From Pelomyxa schiedti (taxonomy: Eukaryota; Protista; Evosea): a stretch of 52,920 bases of DNA. The notes beneath the pieces were generated by a model, which saw only the letters and a program-made list of their open reading frames with translations, did no database searches and was not told the DNA's origin. The position numbers and the translations under genes are program-made. Below, piece after piece: positions 43,303-52,920 of the stretch. The stretch's first letter is position 1; each line of letters opens with the position of its first letter. The stretch lies in contig JAHLWZ010000073.1 of NCBI GenBank assembly GCA_020536535.1, forward strand, positions 1-52,920, read 5' to 3'.

Positions 43303-46300
43303 ATGTCGGCGCCGAGCGTGGTGATGGTGCGCGACATGCCGTGGCGCGACTGCAGCACCTACACAGGCAGGCTCGTCAACGCCAAGCGCGACGGCTCCGG
43401 CACCGCGAGGAACCCCGACGGCAGCATCTCCTACGAAGGCGACTGGCGCGACGACAAGCGGCACGGCCGCGGCGCCTCGCGCACCCACGACGGCGACGCG
43501 TACGACGGCGAGTGGCTCGCGGGCGCGGCGGACGGGTGGGGCACCCTGCGCCACGCCGACGGGTCGTGGTACGAGGGCCTGTGGCGCGCCGGCAGCTGGA
43601 AGTGGGGCACCTGGCACCACGGCGTCGACGAGGTCGAGGGCGAGTGGAACGGCGGCCCAAAACAAGGCTGGGGTGTCCAGAGGAGGAAGAGAGAGAACAC
43701 CACCAACACCACCACCAACAACAACAACAACGTCACCAACAACAACAACAACAATAATGTGATGATGATGATGATGGATACGGTGTATGAGGGGGAGTGG
43801 GATAGGAACCAGTGGCACGGGGTGGGGATGTGGAGGTCGCCTGATGGATCGGGTGACATGTACCATGGGGTGTTTGACCATGGGAGGAGGAGCGGGACGG
43901 GGAGCATGATGTTTGGGTGCGGGGGGAGCTATGTTGGGAGGTGGAAGGACGACGTGTTCCATGGGAGGGGTGCCAGGATTTGGGAGGATGGGACGAGGTA
44001 CGAGGGCGAGTGGGTGATGGGGAAGGAGCACGGAGCAGGGAGGAAGACCTGGGGATGCGAAGGCACAGCGCTTGAAGGCCTTTGGGAAGCAGGTGCGATC
44101 AAGTCAGGCACAATGAAGTGGCCAAACGGCGACGAATTCACAGGCACGTTCACAGTGGAGGGTGTTGGGGAAGGAACAGCCACATTGAAGAGTGGTGATG
44201 GTTCCGTCACATCAAAGGTTGAAGGCACTTTGAAAATGGGGGTTTTGCAAGTAAATGGTGTAATTGTCCATCACATGGGACGTGGTGACGCACACATGGA
44301 GGTTGAACTTTCCTCTCTTTTTTTTTTGTTTTTCCAACATAACATGCATTTATATTCTCCAGAAAGAAGTGAGAAGGTTGCAAACTGAGATCCTTTCATT
44401 GAAACAATCACTCCAAGATGCACAACAGAAACTGGATGAAAAAACTCAATGTATGGAATGTGTTGTCATTTTAAAAATGAAATAGTAACACACTCAAGGT
44501 TTTGACCACACATTGAAGCACATTCAACATGGTGTCTGGACGAAATGTGTGGATGCACCACAGCAGGAACAACAACAAAGTGAAGATGTTCTCATCACAC
44601 AAGAAGAAGGGAGGAGAAGCAGATGTGTGATGAGGGACCTGTTTTTCAAACTGGAGAACCACACTGTCTCCTTTGGTGCATCTGTTTGCGCCATGTGCCC
44701 ACTGGATAAGGTGAGAACAGAATTGCCAATTTCACAAACTAATAAAATGAACAAACACAGGTTGTGAAGATGGAAGTTGAGAAACGATTTGGAGTGGATG
44801 AAAACCAACAGGTTGTCTCTTTCTCCTTGCCATCGATGGATCAGGGTACTTGCAATGCAACACTGCTCCCTGGGAATGCATCGTCATTTTCCCTGTTTCC
44901 TCATCATGGGATTCCAGGTTCACTCTCCAGCCTGATCTGAAATACTGATGAAGAGAAAAAAAACCCACAGGGATGACGGTCAGAATTACGCCAGTGATGG
45001 CCATCTCAGAGCCTGACCTGAAGATTGTGTGCCCACTGGGAAGTGGAAGTTATGGAACAGTGTTCAAGTGCCTCCACAGACCCTCTGGAAGAGAAGTTGC
45101 TGTGAAAACAATGCATGAGGTACTCGCGTCTGATAAAAACGTTCAGAGTTTCATGCTGGAGGCTGAGGTATTTATTTGTTCTTTTCATTTCACTTTTGTG
45201 TGAGTGGGGGTACCAAGGGCGCCACGCACACCCTGTGTGGTTTTGGGTGGGTCTCACAAATAGTAAACAATAATGTCAACAAATAAGCAAAACCCCACAA
45301 CAAACAAACACACAAGATTGTGAGTGGGTTGAGGCACCCCAACATTGTGAAGTGCATTGGAACATCTATTACCTCTGTAACTGGGAAACTTCAAATTGTG
45401 TCAGAGCTCATGTGTTGCAGTCTCAGACAACTTCTGAAACAGGTTGGTTGTTGTTGATTGATTTAAGTATGATTGGTGTGTTCCTTTGAGCACTTTGACT
45501 AATTCCACTGCTGCAAAAAATTAAAAAAAAAAGAAAAAGCGGCTGAGCATCCATGAAGTTTCGGCCATTTCACTGAATATTGCCAAAGGGATGGACAGCC
45601 TCCACAGGTTTGTGTGTTACAATCTGAACATTACTTCAACTGGCAACCCATAAACGCACTCACAGGCAAAACTTCATGCACCGTGACTTGAGCAGCAACA
45701 ATGTTCTTTTTGACTCAAATGGAATTCCAAAGATTTGTGACTTTGGTATGATGGCTCCATCTGTATTCTTCACTTCCCCCACAAAACAAACAAGGTGTAT
45801 CCCGAACAATGGACCACCAACCAAGAACAATAAAAACCATTGTGCCTGGAACACCTGTTTACATGGCCCCACAAATGTTCACACCCGATTATTCACTTAA
45901 AGGTTGCGACTATTTTTTTATTATTTTCATTTAATTATTTTCATTGAATATTTACATTTTACCCAACAGGGGACATTTGGGGGTTCGGCATTCTGATGAC
46001 GGAGATGCTGAATGGTGACATTGTTGATTCCCCCTTTGATAAGGTCCCAATCGAGTCACAGGCAAACTTCATAATCGAGCAGAAGCGATTACTCTCACCT
46101 CCGGAGGTTGAAGGTTTGATTCCCTCTGTTAGGTCCATATATATATATCAATGCTGCTAATCCCATCAAACAGAGGTGGACACACTCCGCCTGAAAATGC
46201 TGAGCCAGAAATCCGGCGACTCGGCGATTGTGCAATGCGTCAGCCGTAGGAAGGCTTCCATTGATGCCGTGATCCTCATCACTCATCCTCCTGATTCCCC

Positions 46301-46616
46301 GAATCCGGCAACAACATCACAAACAGCTGCGGAACTCATTGTTCTCGTTGTTAAGTCATGCCTCTCAATCCTCCGTGTGTTTGTCCTACTATCTCACATA
46401 TATTGAAACAAACAATTTGACATTCACAACAACACAGAGAGGGACCGGGTTCCGTTTGCCGTGATCGCGAAACTTATGTTGTGTTGCTGCTCCGCTATCG
46501 TGTCACACACATCAACAACACCAGATGTGCAAGTGACTGACGACCAAGTAAACGAGTCCATCACACTCTGGCTCAACTCCCTCATCCCCTTCATTCTCAC
46601 GGCGGCCTTGTCATGA
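43303..46616 (+). CDS. MORN-repeat protein with coiled coil and C-terminal TKL-type protein kinase
   Basis: About 12 MORN repeats (YEGDW..DKRHGRG etc.). Kinase motifs LGSGSYGTV, VAVK, HPNIV, HRDLSSNNVL, DFG, GTPVYMAPQ and GDIWGFG. TGA at 46614-46616. Confidence 0.85.
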
Positions 46617-46735
46617 AATTATTGGACAACAACACAGACCTGACTTTTGAAAAAGTAAAATTCTATTTCCATCATTTAGTTAATGATTTACTGTTTGTAC
46701 AATTATCATTCATTGTGTGTTGAGTCAGGCCTGAC

Positions 46736-47870
46736 CTATGGGCTGGCTCGTTCGAATCTCCTGAGGTCATAGTGATAAACCAAGAAATTCCCTTTTGTGT
46801 GTTTAAGCGTTAGAGGCAGAAGAATGACGGATGGTACATACCATCATCAACAAACGCAAGTTTTGCGGTGAGTGGTTCCCTGTAATTGGGGGTTCCGGCA
46901 CTCTTTTGAAGGTCATAGATTGGCTCCGGCAGAATTTCAACAATCATGCACTTCTCTCCTTCATCTGTGCGTGTCGTTCAGAAGGTACATGGGTAAATGG
47001 ATATTTTACATGGCCTCCGCTTGTTCTTTAATCCATGCTTCCACTGGACAAAATCGCCGGGTTTCAGTGTGGGGTCCAATGGTGCGGTGAGTGCTTGGAA
47101 CAGTTGTTCCATTTGATTTTTCTGTGCTTTTGTTGTTGGGATGTGTAAGGAAACGATGGGAGTGCGATGTCATCTTACGTGATGAGTCATTTGAGAAAGC
47201 GGGCATTAGTCTGTTGCTGTCAAAGTGAAAAACAACAAAGTCATCTTCTTCATCAAGAACGCCAACTGCGATATCAAGCTTCTCACGAAACAAGGCGGAA
47301 CCTGCATCGCTGTCACGTTCATCAATTTGAAGTTTTCACAAGTAAATCGCATTAATGAAGTGGTATAAATTTTATTGTTACACTACACTGTGTACTGTAG
47401 TTCCATATTTTTTTACTGTAGTGCCGTAAAGTGATACGCGCGTCACAGTGCATTGTGATGAAATACAGCTGGGTGCTTATTTTACAACACACAGTAAAAA
47501 GGTAGGGTTTTTTTTTTTAACAAAAAAAGAGTGTGAAGCAACACAAACGCACTCTTCCCGCTTGCCGTGGGGATACACAGGCACGTCGAGGACCCGCACG
47601 ACGACGCCGACCTCGCCCTCCGCCGGCCTCTTCCTGTGCCTCAGGCCCGGCTTCCATTGCACCAGGTCTCCCTCCTTGAACACGTACCCCTTGCTGTACA
47701 TCCCGTACTTGTGCATCATCCTCCTTGCTTTTTATTGTGCAATTAATTCTGAAACTGAATCCCCCAGAGCAGAGTTTGAATGTGGGCCGGCAGCTGGGAA
47801 CTACTGGTAAACAACTAACGAAACTATCGCACCAGCCAGTGGAACTCGTACCGCGATTTGATGGAGCCAT
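46736..47870 (-). CDS. Hypothetical protein of two tandem copies of an unnamed SH3/KOW-like domain
   Basis: Six exons joined by phase-compatible GT-AG introns. Repeat 1: FKEGDLVQWKPGLRHRKRP...DAGSALFREKLDIAVGVLDEEDDFVVFHFDSNRL. Repeat 2: LKPGDFVQWKHGLKNKRRP...SAGTPNYREPLTAKLAFVDDGNFLVYHYDLRRF. Confidence 0.85.
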
Positions 47871-47972
47871 CTTTAATAAAACCATTTGGGTGCCGAGGGG
47901 TGCGGCACGACAGCGTACAGTGTCTGTGACTTGCACGTTACGGTCTGTGGGTGGTGTGGTTGGTTGAGTGAG

Positions 47973-49146
47973 ATGGCAACTACTAATGCGACGCCGGTTG
48001 CGCGGATTGCGTTGGTGTGCGCGAGTAACCAGAACAGGAGCGTGGAGGCTCACGCGCTGTTGGCCAGGAGGGGCTACCACGTAAGATCTTTCGGAACAGG
48101 TTTTCCCATTTTTCATGGAGCATTTTGTTTCTATTTCTCGTTTTTGGGCTTTTGAAGGCATTTTTTTTTATTGCCGTTGGAGACTTGCTTCAAGAGTTAA
48201 TTAACTCTACGTGGGGAGATATTGGAGTTAAATTGTTGTGTGTTTTGGCGTTTTGTATGGAATACAAAGATAACATTTACAACAGGATTACATTGCAAGC
48301 TTCCTGGACCGGCTGCTGACAAACCAAATATTTTCGAATTCAACACGCCGTACATGGAAATGCACAGAGTTCTGACAGGCCAAAACCAAGCACTGCATGT
48401 ACCTTTCTTTTCAATTCCCCCTTAATAACCGGAAAGTAAAGATACACTGAAAACGGAGTGCTAAGCATGCTGGAGAGAAACGCACGGGTGAAGCTTTGCC
48501 CGGAGAGATGGCAACTGTGTGCGGACCAATTCAAGATTGTCATCACATTCGAGCAGCGAGTATTTGACACGATTGTTGAAGGTCTCATTTCTCACTCATT
48601 CTTTCCCTCCCCCGTTTCCCTCCCTCCCTCCCTCTTGACAAAAACCAAACATCACACACAACAACACAACACACATAAACATTAAAATAAATGATGAGAA
48701 ACACCCTTACGAAAAGTACTCAACTTCTCATTGTGTGGTTGGTTCCACCCATTTGACTCACTGACCGTTGGTACTCAAACAAACAAACAAAACACATCTC
48801 TTCCCAAACAGATATTGACGCACGATCGTCATCAACAACAGGAGGACACGGTGAGCACGTTCACGTGTTCAACGTGCCCATCAAAGACACACACGAGGAG
48901 GCAACAATCGGTGCTGCCGTTGCACTTCAGCTCATACAAATGGTGCGTCTGTGTGTTCGTGTGTTTGTTCCCTGCTGTGGATTGAAAACTTTTTCTCTTC
49001 ATCAACAGCCTCTAACTTTGAACTTTTTTTTTCTCTTGCAGTTGGAGCAGAGGGGAGCAGACTGGGAGAGTGAACTGGACACGGTACTGGATGAGTTTCA
49101 AAAGAAGAACCAGAAACAAATCATGCACATAGTGTTGTTTTATTGA
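47973..49146 (+). CDS. SSU72: RNA polymerase II CTD phosphatase Ssu72
   Basis: VCASNQNRSVEAH (CX5R), VRSFGTG, LPGPAADKPN, NARVKLCPERWQ, VITFEQRVFD, IKDTHEEATIGA and HIVLFY*. Confidence 0.96.
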
Positions 49147-49191
49147 TTAGCTGATGAGCTCTTTTTTTATGAGAAACAACCGTGTGGTGTG

Positions 49192-50380
49192 ATGGGGCGG
49201 TCAAACGTGTTGTTTCGGGCCAAGGACCAATTTATTGCCGTCGCTTGTTGTCTTTTACCCTTCAATAGGTTTGAAAACCTGTCAACAAAACACTTATAAG
49301 TTCAGGGAGCATTGTGAGCGTGAACGAGAATCACCACGGCCACCAATTTGTAACTTGGCATCAACTCCGACGTTGCTTGTGGAATTCGGCAAAAGATGGG
49401 TGATGGCAGTGGAATCAAGGAGGGTATTCACCATGAGGGCCAACACAAAGTGGTGTGGGAACTACGCCAGGAATGTGCACCTGTGGGCATTTGTGTCACC
49501 AACACTGGGCATCGTTGACTGCGGAGCATTCCAGTGCCCACCTCCAGCACGCAGTTGCCTGATAACGGCCGCGTTTGGCGGCAACAGCAACACATTCCTT
49601 GTCATGGATATGACTGCTGGTGCGGTTGTCACCGACAGGACTGGGAAAATTCTGAGGACACTGTCACCCAATCACATTGTCACCTTCATTGGAATGAACT
49701 CCAGGTGGCTGGTTCTGCTAGTAATGGGGGATGGTTATTGCAGGGTTCATTTGTGGAAGCTGGTTGATAGGTGTTTGACACAGGATGAGCGTGATGAAGT
49801 GAGTGTGGAGTTACACAAAAGCACGGTGGGTCAGGTGAATGGAAACCTGTCACCATTTGACAAAGACAAGGCTGCTCTGGTTCTGAAGACATTCTACAGA
49901 CAAAACTGCACTGCCAGCAAAGAAGACCAGCCAGTAGTTTTCCTTGTTGACTTGGAGAAGACTTTTAGGACCCAGAATCTGGTTATTGATGAGGCTCTTT
50001 CTGTCCCACATCAAGCTTGCGGATCAATGTGGGTCAACGCCACGCTCTATGTTGATTGCTATAATATCAGAGGATCCCATAGGTATTTATTCAACACCAA
50101 AACCAAGGAAGTAATTGACACCACCACTGGCACCTTTCTTGGCAACATTGGGCCGCACCACCTGTGCCAAGTTGATTGGAAGAACGCAGTGCTGAATGTG
50201 TTCCCTTCATCAGACCTGTCCAAGCCTTGCCGCGTTCATCACCTGCCAATTCCCATTTCTCCAGGTATCGTACAGCCCCTAGACTGCGGGATTGTTCCTG
50301 TTGTTTCCACCCCTGACTCCTCCATGATCGATATGTGCGATGCAGTCACTGGAATGGTGCTGGCCGAATGCTGGTTCTAA
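49192..50380 (+). CDS. Hypothetical protein, 'DQ(F/M)xALA' family
   Basis: Exon 1 MGRSNVLFRAKDQFIAVAC, intron 49269-49305, then ORF to TAA 50378-50380. Paralog of 41929-43243. Confidence 0.85.
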
Positions 50381-50896
50381 CTTTCAATAAAAACTGGTTT
50401 TTTTCCATCTAAACCACCGAGCAGCAGCCAGCAAAAACCTCGCGAATCAGTCCGGACTGTGCTTGGAGTCCCACCCCACTTGGCAGAAGTGGAACCAGAT
50501 GTTGTTGGCCCCTTCCAAGAAGAAAACAATCAACCGACACCAGCACGGCAATTGTGGGTTGGGTGGTGGCGAGCAACAAGACGACTACAACAACAGCACG
50601 CAATAGCGTAGCCTAGCACAGAACAGATAAATAAAAAAAAGAGGGGGAGCGACATAGGCGGGGGAAAATGGCGAGCAAGGAAGTGCTGGAGCAGGCGCGG
50701 CTCAAGTGGGAGGCCATGAGGCAGCAGGCCGCGTCGTCCCCGGGCGGCTGGTCCGCCGTAATCCCACAACCTGTTCCCACGACGGCGTCCGCTGCCGCCA
50801 CTAATACCGCTGAAGCCGCGTCGACGGCCTCGAGTGCAGCGGCGACGGTGAATTCTTCCCTTTCTTCTCCTTCTTCTTCTGGGTATGTGGCGTTAA
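50310..50896 (+). repeat. Direct-repeat copy B (matches 1-597)
   Basis: See copy A. Confidence 0.95.
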
Positions 50897-51615
50897 AGAT
50901 GAATACACTTTATACACAGTTATATGTATTTGTACTATTATGCAGCGTTGTAATTGGGGATGCTGTAAGTAATAATGTTGAGTGTATTGTTGGTTGGCCA
51001 GGAGCTAACGTTCCTTTTTTTTTTTTTTTCAGGGCGAGGAAGCTGTCTGTGAAGATTGGAGGGAGTGGAAACCAAGGAGCCAGCACTTCATGGGGTGGGG
51101 AGTCAAACAACAATTTTAGCACAACGGGATGGGCTCTGGCCTTCAGTGTATGTTCCCATTTCCCGCGTAATCCTCGCAACCCAACTATATATTACACACC
51201 AAAAGCAAACAAATTGAACTCCGGCAATCAAAAAAAAGTAAACCAATCATCCCCGCACCCTGTAATTCAACACCACAATAACCACAAACAAATTCCGAAC
51301 AGTATAGTCAAATTACAACCCAGCCAAACAAACGAAGTAACATAACAATCACAGGTTGACGAGAATGACAACGTTTACGGAACATGCCGCAACGACAACG
51401 ACCCGTCGGGGCCAACCAAGACGCTGTCGGGGACATACAACCGACGAACCGGCGCCCTCGACGCCACCGCAACGTTCTCGTCACCCTGGGAGGGCTACAC
51501 CGTGAGATACACCGGCTCCCTTGTCAGGGATCAGCTCTGTGTCATCGACATGCACAACAGCCAGAACGACAAGGGCAAGGGGAGAGGCATTGCCGTGATT
51601 GAGGAAAAGGACTGA
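50668..51615 (+). CDS. Hypothetical protein, Ala/Ser-rich N-terminus plus small beta-rich C-terminal domain
   Basis: Three predicted exons: MASKEV...SSSG | ARKLSVKIGGSG...WALAFS | VDENDNVYGTCRND...TLSGTYNRRTGALD...GIAVIEEKD*. Confidence 0.65.
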
Positions 51616-51692
51616 TACGACCCTGTCATCGTTGTTCTTAGAAGGTGAAAAGGAATCCCAAATTTGTTTACGTTTTTATGTGCACATAAACA

Positions 51693-52920
51693 ATGGCGGC
51701 AACAACATCGGGTGTGGAGATGGTGGTGGGCAAAACTATGCTATGTGGTACCACGTACACGGGGCGCCTCGTAAACAGCAAACGCGACGGCACGGGCACA
51801 TGCACTTGGGAAGGCGGCAACACCTACACCGGCGAGTGGCGGGACAACAAGAAGCACGGCCGAGGGGCACAAAGGTGGGGCGACGGGAGTACGTACGAGG
51901 GCGAGTGGCGCAACGGCAAAAGGGAGGGCTGGGGCGTGGGCCACTATGCAAAGGAGTCGGGGGAGAGGGAGGCGTCGTGGTATGAGGGCCTGTGGAGGGA
52001 CGAGAGGTGGAAGAGGGGCACATGGCACACGTGTAACACGGGCGATGTCTATGAGGGCGAGTGGGTGTGGAACGACACAAAATGGATGGGGAGTGCAGAG
52101 GAGGCACGTAGAGGCCTGGCTCGAAACACTGGAGACGGTGTATGAGGGCGAGTGGTACAGCAACCAGTGGCACGGGAGTGGCACGTGGGTGTCACCTGAT
52201 GGATCAGGTGACATCTACCACGGTCAGTTTGACCATGGCAAGAAGAGCGGGAATGGGAGGATGCTGTTTGGTGACAGCCATGCTGGGGGAGGGAGCTACG
52301 TTGGGGAGTGGAAGGATGACAAGTTCCACGGTCGGGGCGTGAGGCTGTGGGCAAATGGTGACAGGTACGAGGGCCAGTGGGTGTGCGGCAAGGAGAACGG
52401 TGAAGGCACAAAGGTGTTGGCATGTGACGGTTCATCATTCACGGGGTTGTGGGAGATGGGTGTGGCAAAGAAGGGAACGAGGAGGTGGCCAAACGGTGAC
52501 ATGTTTGAAGGCACCTTCACGAGTGGAGGTGGTTGTGGTGGTTTGGAGCTGCGAGGGGAGGGTGTTTCGACACTGCCCTCTTCTGAGGGGTGCAACATGG
52601 TGCAGTTGAGAGGCATCCTCAACAGCAACAACATGTTCCAGCAACACAAGATGGGGTCACCACCGTTTGAGATTATTGAGGTGTGTGTGTTAACAGCGTC
52701 ACCATTTTTCTTTTCTGATCAAACAAGGCACTGAATGCAGACAAGAAACAGTTGCAGCTGCGTATCGAGCAACTGACAAAGGAGATCGAGGTGTGCGTTG
52801 ACAACGTCATTTTTTTTCTTTTCTGATCAAACAAGGGACTGAAGGCACACATAAAACAATTGCAGCTGCGAGGTGTGTGTCTTTTTTTTCCCCTTTTCTG
52901 ATTGGGGGGGTCTTGGGGGG
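51693..52920 (+). CDS. MORN-repeat protein (paralog of 43303-46616), one frameshift, runs off the window
   Basis: TYTGRLVN.KRDG.GT start shared with the paralog. MORN repeats continue in the next frame after ~52080, followed by coiled-coil exons. Confidence 0.75.
52678..52880 (+). repeat. Tandemly duplicated intron+exon units (~110 bp)
   Basis: Introns 52681-52727 and 52791-52835 share GAG|GTGTG...TTTTCTTTTCTGATCAAACAAG. Exons ALNADKKQLQLR.. and GLKAHIKQLQLR share TTGCAGCTGCG. Confidence 0.85.

Noticed and set aside
43243-44031. Long antisense/alternate-frame ORFs over GC-rich exons (also 992-1573, 11873-12388, 51736-52438)
   Set aside because: Low-complexity Arg/Pro/Ala products expected from stop-poor GC-rich sequence opposite genuine CDSs.
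46750-46758. GTTCGAATC B-box suggesting a tRNA or SINE
   Set aside because: No T-stem pairing or cloverleaf. It is the antisense of the last coding exon (LRRFER) of the tandem-domain gene.
47310-47552. Intronic snoRNA in the unusually long intron of the tandem-domain gene
   Set aside because: A C-box-like GTGATGA is on the wrong strand with no matching D box or terminal stem, and no H/ACA layout is evident.
1-50896. Terminal direct repeat as the att/LTR boundary of a 50-kb integrated virus or giant element
   Set aside because: The interior holds ordinary intron-rich housekeeping genes and tRNAs with no integrase, capsid or replication genes, and the repeat itself contains host gene parts.
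1-52920. Alternative genetic code to explain fragmented ORFs
   Set aside because: Stops in conserved genes (MetH, DBR1, Ssu72, transposase) fall inside GT-AG introns, and spliced frames are open in the standard code.
52900-52920. G-rich end as a telomere
   Set aside because: Only two G6 runs with no periodic repeat unit, lying inside a predicted intron.

Overview
Gene-dense, intron-rich eukaryotic nuclear DNA in the standard genetic code, with short GT-AG introns, intergenic gaps often under 150 bp, and one 100-N scaffold gap at 598-697. The gene content and lineage-expanded families suggest a free-living amoebozoan, possibly an archamoeba such as Pelomyxa; this is inference and no database was consulted. 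By manual splicing I can support about 25 protein genes or fragments. They include an RPEL-repeat protein, a PI3/PI4-kinase-like protein, an LmbE/PIG-L deacetylase, a CDC123-like ATP-grasp, a Methyltransf_22 protein, DBR1, a PINK1-like kinase, B12-dependent methionine synthase, a DSP-CBM20 fusion, a RING-RCC1 protein, an SMPDL3-like phosphodiesterase, an UNC-93-like transporter, a GPI-anchored surface protein, an LPCAT-like acyltransferase, two MORN genes and SSU72. There is also a divergent tRNA pair and one apparently intact 2.83-kb PHIS-group (ISL2EU-like) DNA transposon. The strongest novelty candidates are: (1) a phosphatase with a C-terminal CBM20, the reverse of laforin's domain order; (2) a spliced gene made of two tandem copies of an unnamed bacterial-looking domain; (3) the transposon, whose transposase has five introns and whose palindromic subterminal arrays lie in direct rather than inverted orientation; (4) RPEL repeats abutting a PI3K-like kinase. 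Gene spans include introns. Exon boundaries are manual predictions and are not supported by transcript data.
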